A DNA stretch of 64,000 bases from Squalus acanthias (Eukaryota): contig CM059432.1 of NCBI GenBank assembly GCA_030390025.1, forward strand, positions 127,536,001-127,600,000, given 5' to 3'. Each line of letters opens with the position of its first letter. The stretch's first letter is position 1. The notes beneath the pieces are model-generated. The model made no database searches and was not told the origin of the DNA. It worked only from the letters and a program-made list of their open reading frames with translations. Positions 1 through 12,779 of the stretch are shown here, piece by piece. The position numbers were made by a program, and so were the translations under genes.

Positions 1-827
1 AGGAATGAAATGCAAACCTGACCCGCCATCTTACTCTCCCCGCCCACACTGTTCCCGTGGGCAGGGGTTAAAATTGGCCCTTAAGTTTCTCTTACAAAAA
101 ACATAAGAATAATAAATAAAATAAGGAGTTTTTGGGACCGTGTTCCAGTTTGACTAAATTGATGTCCACTGAGCAGTAACGTCATTAGGTAAAAATTAGT
201 CCAGAATACAGTTACATGGAAGGAGTATTTTTTCTGAAAAAAGGAAGAACAAACTTGTATTTTTTTAGCGCCTCATTACACACTCAAGATGTTCCAAAGT
301 GGTTTTCAACCATTTAATTATTTTTTGAAGTTTACTGCCCAAGCGGTGAAGGTGAAAATGACCCCCACTATTTTATTCACTTTCCTACAGTCTATTAAGT
401 TTGTCGCTATAATTGTGGCTAAACTTGTGTTCAGGACCTATATATAACTACAAATTCTGCCCTCATTTAAGCAGAATAATAAATATATCAATTCTTTGTT
501 GAATTGGCAAATTGGAGCTTCAATACACTCCACTGAACAGAGCTCGAATGCAGGCTTGTGCCCATAATTCCTCAGCATGCTGCACTCCTATTCTCAGTCT
601 CACTGCCATGATGATGCACAGGGCAGGTTACAGAGTTGACCTATAAGAAAAGAGAGAATTTCTTATGGTGCAGCTGTGGATGCTAGTGACAAATTGCATT
701 TAAGCTCCATTGTGGTAATGCAATGGGTATTAAGGCAACCACAGGCTGGGGTGGGTTGGGTTCATTATCAATCTTCCCCTAATAGAAAATGGAACAGTCC
801 TTTACTACAAGTGAACTACATCCAGAT

Positions 828-1564
828 GATGTAGTGCCAGTGCAGCCTTCGATCGCCTGAGGAAGAGAGTGTTTGAAGACCAGGACCTCAAACCCAGCAC
901 CAAGCTCATGGTCTACAGAGCAGTAGTGATACCCGCCCTCCTGTATGCTTCAGAGACATGGACCATGTACAGCAGGCACTTCAAAGCACTCGAGTGGTAC
1001 CACCAACGCTGCCTCCGCAAGATCCTGCAAATCCACTGGCAGGATAGGTGCACCAACGTCCGTGTTCTCACTCAGGCCAACATCCCCAGCATCGAAGCTT
1101 TGACCACGCTCGATCAGCTCCGATGGACGGGCCACATCGTCCGCATGCCCGATATGAGACTCCCAAAACAAGTGCTCTACTCGGAGCTCCGACACGACAA
1201 GAGATCCCCAGGTGGGCAGCGGAAATGCTTCAAGGACACCTGCAAAGGCTCCTTAAAAAAAGTGCAACATCACCACCGACACCTGGGAATCCCTGGCCCA
1301 AGACCGCCCAAAGTGGAGGAGAAGCATCCGGGAAGGTGCCGAACACCTCGAGTCTCTTCGCCGGGAGCAAGCGGAAGCCAAGCGCAGGCAGCGCAAGGAG
1401 CGCACGTCAACCCAAGCACCCCACCCACTCACCCCTTCAACCACCGTCTGCCCCACCTGTGACAGAGACTGTAGCTCCCGCATTGGACTCACCAGTCAAC
1501 TGGGAACTCATTTTTAGTGTGGAAGCAAGTCATCCTCGGTTCCGAGGGACTGCCTAAGAAGAAG
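828..1564 (+). mobile_element. 5'-truncated RTE-clade LINE (3' end)
   Basis: RT C-terminal ORF remnants, C-terminal CPTC...H zinc-finger region, (AAG)n tail. 10-bp TSD ACATCCAGAT at 818-827 and 1565-1574. Confidence 0.9.
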
Positions 1565-1867
1565 ACATCCAGATATAGTCTCTAGCACATTCCAGTGGCC
1601 TATCAGGCTTTGTTGACGTTCTCAGAACACATCTCAAGCCAGTTTCCTAGGAGGGGAAGATAGTTAGCCTGATGGGACTTAAGGGGGGGAAAAAATAATT
1701 TAAATAAAAACTTTTTTTGCTTGCACAGTTACATCTCACGGCTGCAAACTGATCACTACAGTAATACTCTGTTGTGGGATGAATATACAAATGTTTTTCC
1801 AGTTATTGACAAGTTTATTCATCTTATTTATGCTTTATAAATTAGAATTTTGTTTTCATTTTTATAG

Positions 1868-1955
1868 ACAACTCATTGCAATTTTAGACAAAGTAGCAAT
1901 GACAAGACCCACAGAACTGGACTGTAAACGGCAAGCATCAATGACTCTAACCTTT
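1868..1955 (+). CDS. Ferlin exon, FerA region (QLIAILDKVAMTRPTELDCKRQASMTLTF)
   Basis: Polypyrimidine tract plus AG at 1866-1867. TxLDxxR motif as in the ferlin FerA domain. The expected donor position reads GGGAGC, not GTGAGC. Confidence 0.65.
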
Positions 1956-2275
1956 GGGAGCAATTTTCTTTCGGCAAATCTTTGTGGATTTGAACCCATC
2001 TTTGAAACACACAGATGCCTAATGCTATTGGAACATTGCATGCTAAATGCAAATCAGAACTGCTCTGTAAGGTTAACATCTCATTTGAAAGACGGCACTT
2101 CCGCCAGTGCCGCACTCCCTCAATACTGCAGGGCAAGGATCGAATGTTGACATTTGTGACCTTTTTAGTCCCAAAGATTTATTGAAAGGCTGTACTGTTG
2201 GTTAGCTCCATCATATATTTACCAGTGTCCTAAGGAATATACTTAAAATGATTAAAAACTTGTTCTCTGCTGTAG

Positions 2276-2393
2276 AAAAAAAATCATTGAAATGGTGACT
2301 ATATTCCAAGAGGAGTTGAACAGTGATGATATCAGAGAAGGACTCCAGGAGGCAAAAAACATTTTGAAAAATCTGCATTGGTGGGCTGATGAG
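2276..2393 (+). CDS. Ferlin exon, end of FerA (KKIIEMVTIFQEELNSDDIREGLQEAKNILKNLHWWADE)
   Basis: AG at 2274-2275, donor GTATGT at 2394. Ends in ADE like the OTOF ...LRFLADE segment. Length 118 nt = 39 codons + 1, with an A8 run at the start. Confidence 0.75.
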
Positions 2394-2684
2394 GTATGTA
2401 GATGCCAAATAACCTATTTTCTTACAATCAACTTATACTTAACCCTTGATGCTTGAGATGAAGACATGAATGAATAGCAAGCTCCATCCTCAACACTGAC
2501 ATATTAACTGGGAGATTTTTTTGGTTCAGAAATCGTCGTGTTTCTGTTTAAATATCGCAGCACTGGAGAATGGCAGCAAGCTCCTACCAGCCATTGCTCT
2601 GCACTGCTCGCTACTTGTTAGAAGGCAAAGTTCATGCTTATCACGTTTTATGCTGCTGCTATTCAGATTATAGGGATTAGATTC

Positions 2685-2784
2685 GGGCGTGAATTCCCGT
2701 GGGTTCTCCCGCTGTAACGTCGTCAAAAGAGCTGTGAAAACCCGTAAAAATCTGCGTAAACCCAATCCCTGGAAATTCACCCCC
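2685..2784. mobile_element. Short MITE-like element
   Basis: Imperfect terminal inverted repeats gggcgtgaattc / gaaattcacccc. Confidence 0.45.
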
Positions 2785-3300
2785 TGTAACTTTGCACATA
2801 TGGGGGTTTGCGGAGCTGTGAGTACACCTCTGCAGCCTGGGATCTCACTCCCGGTGGACAGCCAGTGACCTCTGCAGGAATTGAATGCGTGGACAGCAGG
2901 TGGGAGCAGGAATGTGTTCAGCGGTGACGCCCTTCACAGACGGAAAGCCTGCTGAGGCGCTTTGTCTCCGGCTCACACATGAAAAGCTCCCACTGAGGTT
3001 AGGTAGCAGAAGGACGCTGGTGCCCGTCAGCACCTTCGGAGAAATGGGCAAAGGAAAACATGGTACTAATTCTGTTATAAGGCCACTGAATCTTGCTTCC
3101 AGACTTTGCTTTTTATTTTCTAGTTTCACCTGGTTTATAACATGGTAACTGCTTAGCTCTTGTAGACAACCAAAGGGGCGAAGTGTGTTTGCATGCAATC
3201 TCTGCAGTACCGCTGTGTTCCTACTGGTGGCAGTGTAGAGGTTAATGTTTCTCTGAACTCCTCACCAACAACGACACAAAGGTCCTGTACTTGATTATAC

Positions 3301-3479
3301 GGGAGTGGAATTGGTCTCGGCCAGTAGCGCACAGCGGGTGATAGCGAATCGGCCGCCCGTTTTACACCTCACCCAATTTTCTTGAAGTCAATGGAAAAGA
3401 AAATCGGGCGGGGTAGAAAGCGGGCTGCTGATTCGCTGGCGCCCGTTTAGCGCTACCGCCCGAGACCAGTATCAAACCC
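3301..3479. mobile_element. Fold-back MITE
   Basis: The two halves are imperfect reverse complements (tggtctcgg...tagcgc / gcgcta...ccgagacca). Confidence 0.65.
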
Positions 3480-5099
3480 GGGGTATCTTTTAAAAAAAAA
3501 AAATCCAAGTGTTGTTCTAGATGTAAATGTATATTTTAATTCAAAATCAAAAGCAGTTCTATTTACTGGCAGCAACAGCCTGGGTAAGCTTCTATTGTAT
3601 GTCAACAGAGAAAATAAAGGAGCTTTTCTTTAACATTACCCTTCCTCTGATTATCTCACCCTTTAGGACTAGGTTTCTATTGCAAGTGAAAATAACGTGA
3701 GTTCCCCAATATTTTGCTGCTTCTTCCTGTTTCTTGCATTAAAACACATGACCATCCACAACAAGTACATAAAAGACAATGAAAGTTTGGCATTAATCAA
3801 ATTCATGTATTTGTAGCACAGAGCATTTGAGAATAAGAACATAATTCCTCACAGAAGAATTTGTTGTATTTTTCTCCCCTAATTGGCCTGGGTTTCTAAC
3901 CTGGTTTTTCGTCTCCCAGGAGATTACGTGGCTCGGGGTGGGGTGGGGAGTGTATGTATTGTAATGCATAAGGCATGACAATTAAATGGAACAGGCTGGA
4001 TGGCCCAGTAGGTCTTGTCCTGTCTGCCATTTTATGTATTTAAAAAAAGCTATAGGGCAAGGTATAGCCACGATCTAGCCCCTGCCTGCCGCAGCTTGTG
4101 TTCAAATTACCCAGCCAAAGCCACAAACTCTACCCAACCTGCTCAATCTTCTGAGGGAGAGCTCCAAGGTGAAACCGCCAAGGAAATAAAAGCTCTGTGA
4201 AAATTTCTACCTGATTTTCCCAAAAGTAGTCAAGCAGAATTCCGGGATAATCTATTCTTACAACCCACGCTTACTGCTCTGACCTGCTGCAATCCCCAAA
4301 ATTGCACACCGTGTTCAAAATGTGGCCTTGCCACCGCGTTGCAGGGCTTAAGATAACTTGGGCCCGGATTTATTTGAGGGTTCTCCCAGACTCTCACTGT
4401 AACTCTGGCGGTGTTACGGCAGAACCAAGCGAAAAAGGGCAGCGACCCAGTTATGCCAGGTTCCCATTAACTCTGGGTTCTCTCGGTCAGCTCCTTACAA
4501 GGGCGGTAACATCAAGGGACGGAGCCAGGGGAGTGGGGTCTCCCTACACCAGCATTTCCTGTTTCCCTGGCACAGATGGGACCTGGCGTAATTCTAGAGG
4601 CCAATACGCTGAGAGAAATGAGGCACAAGTGGGCTCCACCAGAGGAAGGGAAGGGATCCAGGCAAGGGGAGTGGCCTGGTTCACCTGATTGAAAACAAAT
4701 GATTTGTTTCACAAAAATCTGTGTCCGCCCCCTTACACAGGAGGCCAAGGGGTAAGTGGCTGGATTCTCGGGGGAGGGGGGGTGGGCTGTGGGGAAAGGG
4801 CCTGGATACGCCCTCTGATGGCGGGCAGGTGACAGATTTTCTGCCCAATTGAGCCAGGGGTGCGCCCAGATGCAGCCATAGTGGCATACGCTCCCACCGG
4901 CCCTATACTAGTGTGGTGCACTCCCGCTGATCCCGTGAACTCTGGCAGGGTCAGCTCTGGAGGGCATCGGCAGATGCAATCCCAGTGGGCGCAATCCCAG
5001 TGCCGAGTCAGCAACCTGTTGATTGTCCGGCTCTTTGTGTCTGGCAGTCAAATGCCCATGAATCTATCGTAGTTCTGTTAGTCTGCTCCTATAACCATC

Positions 5100-5930
5100 C
5101 TTCTCCAACATCTCTCCTCCGTCGTCCAGCTGGGTGGGACGTCCCTCGCCTGGTTCCATTATTATCTATCTAGTCGTAGCCAGAGAATCACCTGCAATGG
5201 CTTCTCTCCCAACTCCCGCACTATTACCTCTGGAGTCCCCCAAGGATCTATCCTTGGCCCCCTCCTATTTCTCATCTACATGCTGCTCCTTGGCAACATT
5301 ATCTGAAAACACAAAATCAGGTTCAACACCGAGCTTCCTCACCACCACTTCTCTCGACCCCTCCACTGTCTCTAATTTGTCAGACTGCTTGTCCGATGTC
5401 CAGTACTGGATGAGCAGAAATTTCCTCCAACTAAATATTGGGAAGACCGAGGCATTGGTCCCCGCCACAAACTTCGTTCCCTAACCACCGACTCCATCCC
5501 TCTCCCTGGTAACTGTCTGAGGCTGAACTAGACGGTTTGCAGCCTTGGTGTTGTATTTGACACTAAACAGAGCTTCTGACCACATATCCTCTCCGCATCA
5601 CAAAGACTGCCTACTTTCACCTCCGTAACATCGCCCGACTCCGCCCCACCTAAGCTCATCTGCTGCTGAAACCCTCATCCATGCCTTTGTTACCTCTAGA
5701 CTTGACTATTCCAATGATCTCCTGGCCGGCCTCCCATCTTCCATCCTCCATAAATTTGAGCTCATCCAAAACTCGGCTGCCCGTGTCCTAACTCGCACCA
5801 AATCCCGTTCACCCATCACCCCTCTGCTGACCTACATTGGCTCCTGATCCGGCAATGCCTCAATTTTAAAATTCTCATCCTTGTTTTCAAATCCCTCCAT
5901 GGACTCGCCCCTCCCTATCTCTGCAACTTT
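5100..5930 (+). mobile_element. L2-clade LINE fragment
   Basis: Degenerate RT C-terminus (WMSRNFLQLNIGKTE), homologous to the copy at 37515-38716. Confidence 0.85.
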
Positions 5931-6579
5931 CCCCAAAACATTGTTAGGGATTGCTGTAATAATGATTATTAGTTAGGGATCTTTTCATGGGCCTAACAGT
6001 GGGATAATTCACTTAGCTCTCTGATCCATCAAAACATGTTCCTAAATTAAAATTAAAACCCTAAAGTGCTTGATGTGACATAATTAGGATCTTGCATAAT
6101 AAATGGGGCATTACTGGTGATCTTTCATTTATGGTGAAGTATCAAGTCTCGTGAGTACAACACTTATCCAAGTGTCATGTACCTTTCATATTAATCAAAC
6201 AATATTTAATTCTTAGAATTCACACTTTTTTCATTCCTTTTAAAAATAATAGATACAGCATGTAAAAGATATATCAGCAATCTGATGCTTATCAATACAT
6301 GTGCAAATATATGTGTCTGCCTTTCCAACTTTAAATTGGTCACTGTATTGGAGCCCTCAAGTGAACACATTGCATCTACCTTTACACAGGAAGTTACCAG
6401 TGTTCTAATCTGACTTGGTGCAGAGTGGGCTACACTACAGTAAATTGATATGGATCAATCCTAGGGAATAGTCAAGTATCTTTACCTTTCAAAAAATGAA
6501 GTCGGATAATGATGTAGTAATATCATCAGTGATTGGGATTTGGCATTGAGCTGATATGTTCACTCTCAAGTATCACACA

Positions 6580-9282
6580 AAGGGAGGTGGAGGAAGAAAT
6601 ATGCAGACAAATTAGGGAAATGAGTAAAAAACATAGAATAATAATCTGGGGGATTTCAACTACCCCGATATTAATTGGACAGAAGAGGTAGGTAAAGGGG
6701 ATAAGGGAATGGAGTTCCTACAATGTATACAGGACTCCTTTCTAACCCAATATGTAAAAAGCCCAATAAGGGAGGATTCACTATTAGATCAAGTAATGGG
6801 GAATGAACCAGAGCAGATAAGAGAAGTAAAGGTAGGGGAACATATAGGCAATAGTGACCATAATATAATACGCTTTAAGATGATAATTGAGAAGGACATA
6901 AGTATGGCGAAAACCAGGGTAATAGATTGGAGAAAAGCTGATTTTGAGGGGCTGAGAATAAATCTTGGGGGGGGGAAAAATGGGCAACAATATTGGCAAA
7001 CAACGATGTAGAACAGCAATGGGAAACATTTAAAACAGTGTTCAGCAGATGCAGGAAAAATATATTCAGCTAAAAGGAAAGAACAAACTAAACAATAATG
7101 AGACTCCATGGATGAATAAAGCCATAAAGGAACAACTGAGCTTAAGGAAAGAGGCATACATTAAGTACATAGACAGCAGGGGAGTGCATGATAAGAGAGA
7201 ATATGAAAAGATTAGGGAGGCATAAAGGAACTATGAAATTAAATTATTAAGGAACATAAAACAAAACAGTAAAATATTTTATAGGCTCATCAATAAAAAA
7301 AGTAAGGTTGGGATGGGAATAGGGCCATTAAGGGATAGTCAGGATAATACCACAGGTAACGATAGAGAGATGACAGAAATATTAAATAATTATTTTGCTT
7401 CAGTATTTACCAGGGAGATAGAACAGGTGGACATGACATTGGATGATGAGATTAGCAATGAGATAAATGCATTTAAAATTAAAAAAGGGGATATATTAAA
7501 TAAATTAATCAAACTCAAAGAGGGTAAAACCCCTGGTCCGGATGGATTGCATCCACACATTTTAAAAGAATCTAGGGAAGAGATAGCAGATGCATTGCTA
7601 CGCATATTTAATAATTCATTAGAAAAAGGTAGAGTACCAGAGGACTGGAGGATAGCTAACGTAATACCGATATTTAAGAAGTGGGATAGAATTATAGACC
7701 AGTCAGCTTAATGTCGGTGGTAGGAAAAATAATGGAATCCCTACTAAAGGAGAAAATAGAAGAACATCTAGAAACCAAAAATATAATAATGAATAGTCAA
7801 CATGGATTTCAAAAGGGAAAGTCTTGCTTGACCAAACTTATTGAATTTTTTGAAGAGGTAACAGAGAGAGTAGACAATGGTAATGCAGTAGATATAATTT
7901 ATCTGGATTTTCAAAAGGCCTTCGATAAGGTACCCCATAATAGACTGACGAACAAGGTCAGAGAATGCGGAGTCAGGGGACAAGTAGCAGAATGGATTGC
8001 TGGCTGGCTTCAGGACAGAAAGCAGCGAGTAGGGGTAAAGGGTAGCTATTCACAGTGGCAGATGGTGGGTAGTGGTGTTCCACAAGGATCAGTGCTGGGG
8101 CCACAGCTGTTCACAATTTACGTTAACGATTTAGACATAGGAATCAAAAACACAATTTCTAAATTTGCGGATGACACCAAATTGGGGGGATAGTCAATAC
8201 TGAGGAGGACTGTAACAAATTACAGGAAGACATTAATAAACTTGCAGAATGGGCATATAATTGGCAAATGAAGTTCAACACAGATAAATGTGAGGTATTG
8301 GCCCAAAAATTAGTGAGGGAGCCTTTGTGCTGGGGTAAGGCTTCCCCGCGATATCTCACTGCGCGCCGGCTTTTTCATTCCCAGCTGCATGAACTTGATG
8401 TTCTAGACAGCAGCTGTGCAGTGCTTCCGTATCCCACAGGCGCAGTTAATTCGTGCGAGCTGTGGGATCACGTGATTCAGTTAGAGCCAATGGCAGCACA
8501 CCATCTTTCATTCATAGTTTTCACATAAGTGCTGTGAAAGCTATGAATCTATACCCCCCCAAAAGAACAGCTAAACCTCAATTAAATTTTAAAAAAAAAA
8601 CCATCACATTAATAAAATAAGTATAGTTAAATAAATTAACCACTTTAAACAAAAAATTACATTTTTGAAAAAATTTAAAATCTTTTAACAAGTTATAAAA
8701 ATAAACTTACCTTTCTTTAAAGTCTCTAAAAAAGATACACCTGTTGAAAAAAATTCAAAATAATACTTAATTAACTACTTACCTTGTTAAAAGAGGGTCT
8801 TACGCCTCCTTTCTTTATGTGCAAAATCTTCCATGCTTACCTGCGCGTTCAAAGCACTAAGTGCACTGCGTGCGCGCAGCCTGTAGCGCACACGCGGTTC
8901 ACTTAGGAACCGCCCCCTTTTGAAATCACCAAGTGCCGGTTTTCAGCGCATGCGCAGTGCATGCAGAAAACCGGCAATTGGAGACAGAATACGCGAGAGT
9001 ACACAGTGCGTACTCTCGCGTAGAGGCACTAATTTTTGGGCCATTACATTTTGGTAGGAAGAATAGGGATGTCACTTATCACTTGGAGTGTGCAAGTCTG
9101 GGTGGGGTAGAGGAACAAAGGGATCTAGGAGTAAAAATACACAAATCACTAAAAGTTGCAACACAGGTTAGCAAGGCCATAAAAAAAGCAAACCAAGCAC
9201 TAGGGTTTATTTCTAGAGGGATAGAATTGAAAAGTAGGGAAGTTATGCTAAACCTGTATCGAACCTTGGTTAGACCACACTT
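6580..9282 (+). mobile_element. CR1-clade LINE (family A), ORF2 remnant, interrupted by a MITE and 3'-truncated
   Basis: Endonuclease [32 protein letters not shown] and FADD motifs with frameshifts. Confidence 0.92.
8300..9042. mobile_element. Non-autonomous DNA transposon (PIF/Harbinger-type MITE) inserted in CR1
   Basis: Perfect 16-bp TIR GGCCCAAAAATTAGTG / CACTAATTTTTGGGCC. 3-bp TSD ATT at 8297-8299 and 9043-9045. Confidence 0.9.
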
Positions 9283-9940
9283 AAGGGGAAAAATTCAGTG
9301 GCGCCCCCTCTGGGGCGCTAACGAATTAGCGCCCCGAAAAAGCTAGCGCCCCTGTGCTGTAAATTCAGTAGTAGCATCCCAAGCAGGAGGCGGGGCGCTA
9401 CTGGAAAGCACTCCCCCTCCTTCTTGGGGCGCTACCAGTGAATTTTGCAGCGCTACTTGCAACAGCGCCACGCGCGGTGGCATGTAGCGTTACGTCATTG
9501 CAGGCCTCCTCCCCCGATTAAAGGGGAGTGACCTAGTGCTGCGCGCACCGGGGGCCTGCTGGATCACCGAGGAACGGGGTGCTGGGAAAATAGCACGAGG
9601 AATGCCGGGCTGAGCAGCCGCGGCCGGCACCCCGCCTACAAAGCTAAGAAGGAGCAGGTACTGGCAGTCGGCCAAAAGAAAAATGGCCGCCTGGCACCTG
9701 CCCTTTAATTTGCGCCGCCACTGCAGCCAGAGCGCCCCCTGAACCGGTCGGACATATCATCTGGTGATAGGTCAGGGGGCGCAAGGGAAGTTTGCGGCAG
9801 GGGCACAAGCGGGGCGCTGTACACGGCAATGATGTCATCGCTGGCGCCGCTGCACCGCGGCGTGCTACCGGCTACCGCAGCCGCTAACCTCCCACTGAAT
9901 TTCGTGGGAGGAGTTAGCGGTGCCGCGCCTAGTGGAGTGG
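9283..9940. mobile_element. Harbinger-type non-autonomous element, one end only
   Basis: Starts aggggaaaaattc followed by repeated GGGGCGCTA/TAGCGCCCC motifs as in the Harbinger terminus at 60630. No matching right TIR seen. Confidence 0.6.
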
Positions 9941-10234
9941 AAAATAAATATTCTTCATCTAAAGGTATCATGAATGCTGTCAGACAGGATTTGTATCTCC
10001 TTTTAAGAATGGTTCATACATCCGAGCTTTATATTCTATAAGTTTTTGGCTTCAGGCACAGGTTTATTGATACTGAATCATTGGGCATCTGTGAGCATGA
10101 GCTAAGTATAATTTTCTTCTATCATTTTGCATTAAGGCACAAAGTAAGGTTGCCCTCTGTCCCCTCTACTATTTTGTACCGGTTCTGAATCAATCACTGT
10201 CAGTATCTGTAAGCTTAAGGACAGTAGGGAGCTC

Positions 10235-10489
10235 TAGGGACGGATTAACACACAGGCCGAGGGGGCCTTACCCAGGGGCCCCAACCAAATATGGGGCCCT
10301 CGGTGAAGCTCACCATAATGCAGAAAAACTGCAGAAAATACTGTCAGAAGGGGGTGAGGCAAAGTCGACAGATTCGTTGCATTATAAATACTGAGAGTTG
10401 TCCTTGGGTGGGATGGGGGGTCGGGAGGGGTCGTGGGGGGGGGGCGGATGTTGATGCCGAGGGCCCGAAGAATTCTTAATTCGGCTCTG
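10235..10489. mobile_element. hAT-type MITE
   Basis: Imperfect TIR tagggacggattaa / ttaattcggctctg. 8-bp TSD GGGAGCTC / GGCAGCTC. Confidence 0.7.
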
Positions 10490-11088
10490 GGCAGCTCACC
10501 TCAGAACTAAAGTGCATTCAATTGCGGTGTCTTCTGATATTCTCCTCGTATGCAACAAACCTTAAGAAATCAATTCCTTTTGTGCCGGAGTTTCTGAATA
10601 TTCTGGTTTGCTTTTAGCATACGGGATCAAGGGGGCAAGTCAGACTATTTTAAGTTGTTTTGTTTCACTTCCTTTTCAGTGACAGATATTTGCTAGAAAA
10701 TAGTGATAACTTTGAATACCGTTAACATGATTAATGTGAACTTTATATTTATAACAAACCAAATAGATGCCCATTTTCAACGGGGTAGAACAGGTTTAAT
10801 TGCCAACGTTAGAAAGAATTGGAAATGTTCCAATGACCTTGTGTACATTAACCTTAATGGCAAGTTTAAGTAGATAAGCTGATTGGTCTTTTCATATTCC
10901 TAAACTCTGATTGATCTTGGCAAAATGTATTGTTTCTCGAGAAAAGATTACCTACAATGAAGATGCCAATGATATCTGAATCTAATTACATATTTTCTTT
11001 GGAATTGCTCCAAACTTAAACTCAAACTAACAAGATAGCAATTGACAAGAGACTAGAATGGCAACATGTATAATATTCCAGAAACTGA

Positions 11089-11899
11089 GGGCTGGAATTT
11101 CTCAGCCCCGAGGAGGGGGGTATGAAGGCGGGACTGCCGGGAAAGTTGCAGAATTTGGGGGCGGGTGGCCCTCTTGCCAGGAGGTGGGAAGCCGTCCTGC
11201 CCAGGGTCCCGTCTCCTTGGAGGCGGGAACAGATTAAAGCCTATTAACTGCCTGTTAACAGGCAGTTAACAGGCAGAAAATAGTATTATCCCCATTTTTT
11301 GTGCTGAAGTGCGGGCTTCCCGACCTGGGGGAACCCCGCCGGGGTGTAGGAGGTGAGTAGTAGGTCGGAGGGGGTCGGAGGGGTCTGAAAGTGCAATGTA
11401 GAGGTGAATGATGGGTGCAAGTGTGGAGTGGTAAGTATGTGAGGTGAGTGTAAAGTGTTAGAAAATGTTAACTTACCTTTGTTTCTACCTACAGCCTTCA
11501 GCCGCTGTGGAGCCAAAGTCCCCGACATCTCCATTGTAGAGATCACAGACTGGCTGTTGGATCCAACAGCCAGCTGATTTCTGCAAAGTAGAAAGGTTTG
11601 ATGAGTCCTGAACACAAGGACTCATCAAACAACACAGAATGTCAGTGTTTGACAGCTTCACAGAACTGTCAAACGATGACATTTCTTCTTTCAAAAGTTC
11701 TTGACAGATAACACGTCATACGTTGACGTGCTCTGTCACTGACTTCCCCCTAATTGGCCTGCTGAGCCCGCCGGGCAGGCTTAATAAGGTCAATCAGGGG
11801 AAATTCCCGCTGGTTGGCCAGAAGCTGATGGAGGCGGGACTGAGACCTGGCAAGCAGCAGTCCCACCTCCAAAAGCTTCCCATTCAGAAAATCCAGCCC
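11089..11899. mobile_element. Harbinger-type MITE
   Basis: TIR gggctggaatttct / agaaaatccagccc, flanked by TGA and TTA. Confidence 0.7.
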
Positions 11900-12039
11900 T
11901 TAGAGTTACTCTGAACCGTGATAGGCTGGGCCATATACTATTGCTTCTATTGCTTGACTGTTATTTATTAATAACCGGGGCTTTGAATCAAATCTAACTC
12001 ATTTCTAAATGCTTAAGAGAATGGGTTTGAAAGAACTCC

Positions 12040-12195
12040 TAAACATTTAGACAGCATCGGAACAGGAGTAGGCCATTCAGCCCCTCGAGCCTGTTCCACC
12101 ATTCAATTAGATCATGGCTGATCTGTATCTTAACTCCGGCTACCCGACTTGGTTCCATAACCCAAATACCCATGCCTAACAAAAGTCTATCAATG
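12040..12195 (-). mobile_element. CR1 3' UTR fragment
   Basis: Reverse complement of the CR1 tail seen at 60000-60089. Confidence 0.7.
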
Positions 12196-12425
12196 AAACC
12201 AGTAAATTTAAAATATGCAAGAGTGCATAACTGGTGGACAATGTGCTCCTTAAGGTTACTGCCCAGGTAGTGAAGTTGAAAATTACCCCCCAAAGAGGCA
12301 CACAAATACCACATTGTGGCTGAGATCAGAGTATGCTCGAGAAAATTGGATTTAGCAACATTTGAATATAATTATATACATGTTTAAAATTAAATTTAAA
12401 TACAGTTAATGAAAATTCAAGATAG

Positions 12426-12779
12426 TTTTTTTTTTATTCGTTCATGGGATGTGGGCGTCGCTGGCAAGGCCAGCATTTATTGCCCATCCCTAATTGCCCT
12501 TGAGAAGGTGGTGGTGAGCTGCCTTCTTGAACCGCTGCAGTCCGTGTGGTGAAGGCACTCTCACAGTGCTGTTAGGGAGGGAGTTCCACGATTTTAACCC
12601 AGCGACGATGAAGGAACGGCGATATACTTCCAAGTCAGGATGGTGTGTGACTTGGAGGGGAACTTGGAGGTGATGGTGTTCCCATGCGCCTGCTGCCCTT
12701 GTCCTTCTAGGTGGAAGAGGTCGCGGGTTTGGGAGGTGCTGCCGAAGAAACCTTGGCGAGTTGCTGCAGTGCATCTTGT
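12426..12779 (-). mobile_element. 3' end of a CR1/L2-group LINE with poly(A) tail
   Basis: ORF end SWNSLPN...LQRFKKAAHHHLLKGN. T-run at 12426-12435. Tail shared with the SINE at 26202. Confidence 0.8.

Noticed and set aside
4015..4200. ORF ending SSEGELQGETAKEIKAL as the missing FerB exon
   Set aside because: Resemblance is superficial: no PD/WM motif and no suitable splice sites.
11494..11690. Acceptor-like site followed by apparent coding sequence
   Set aside because: Inside a TIR-bounded MITE, with stops in all frames.
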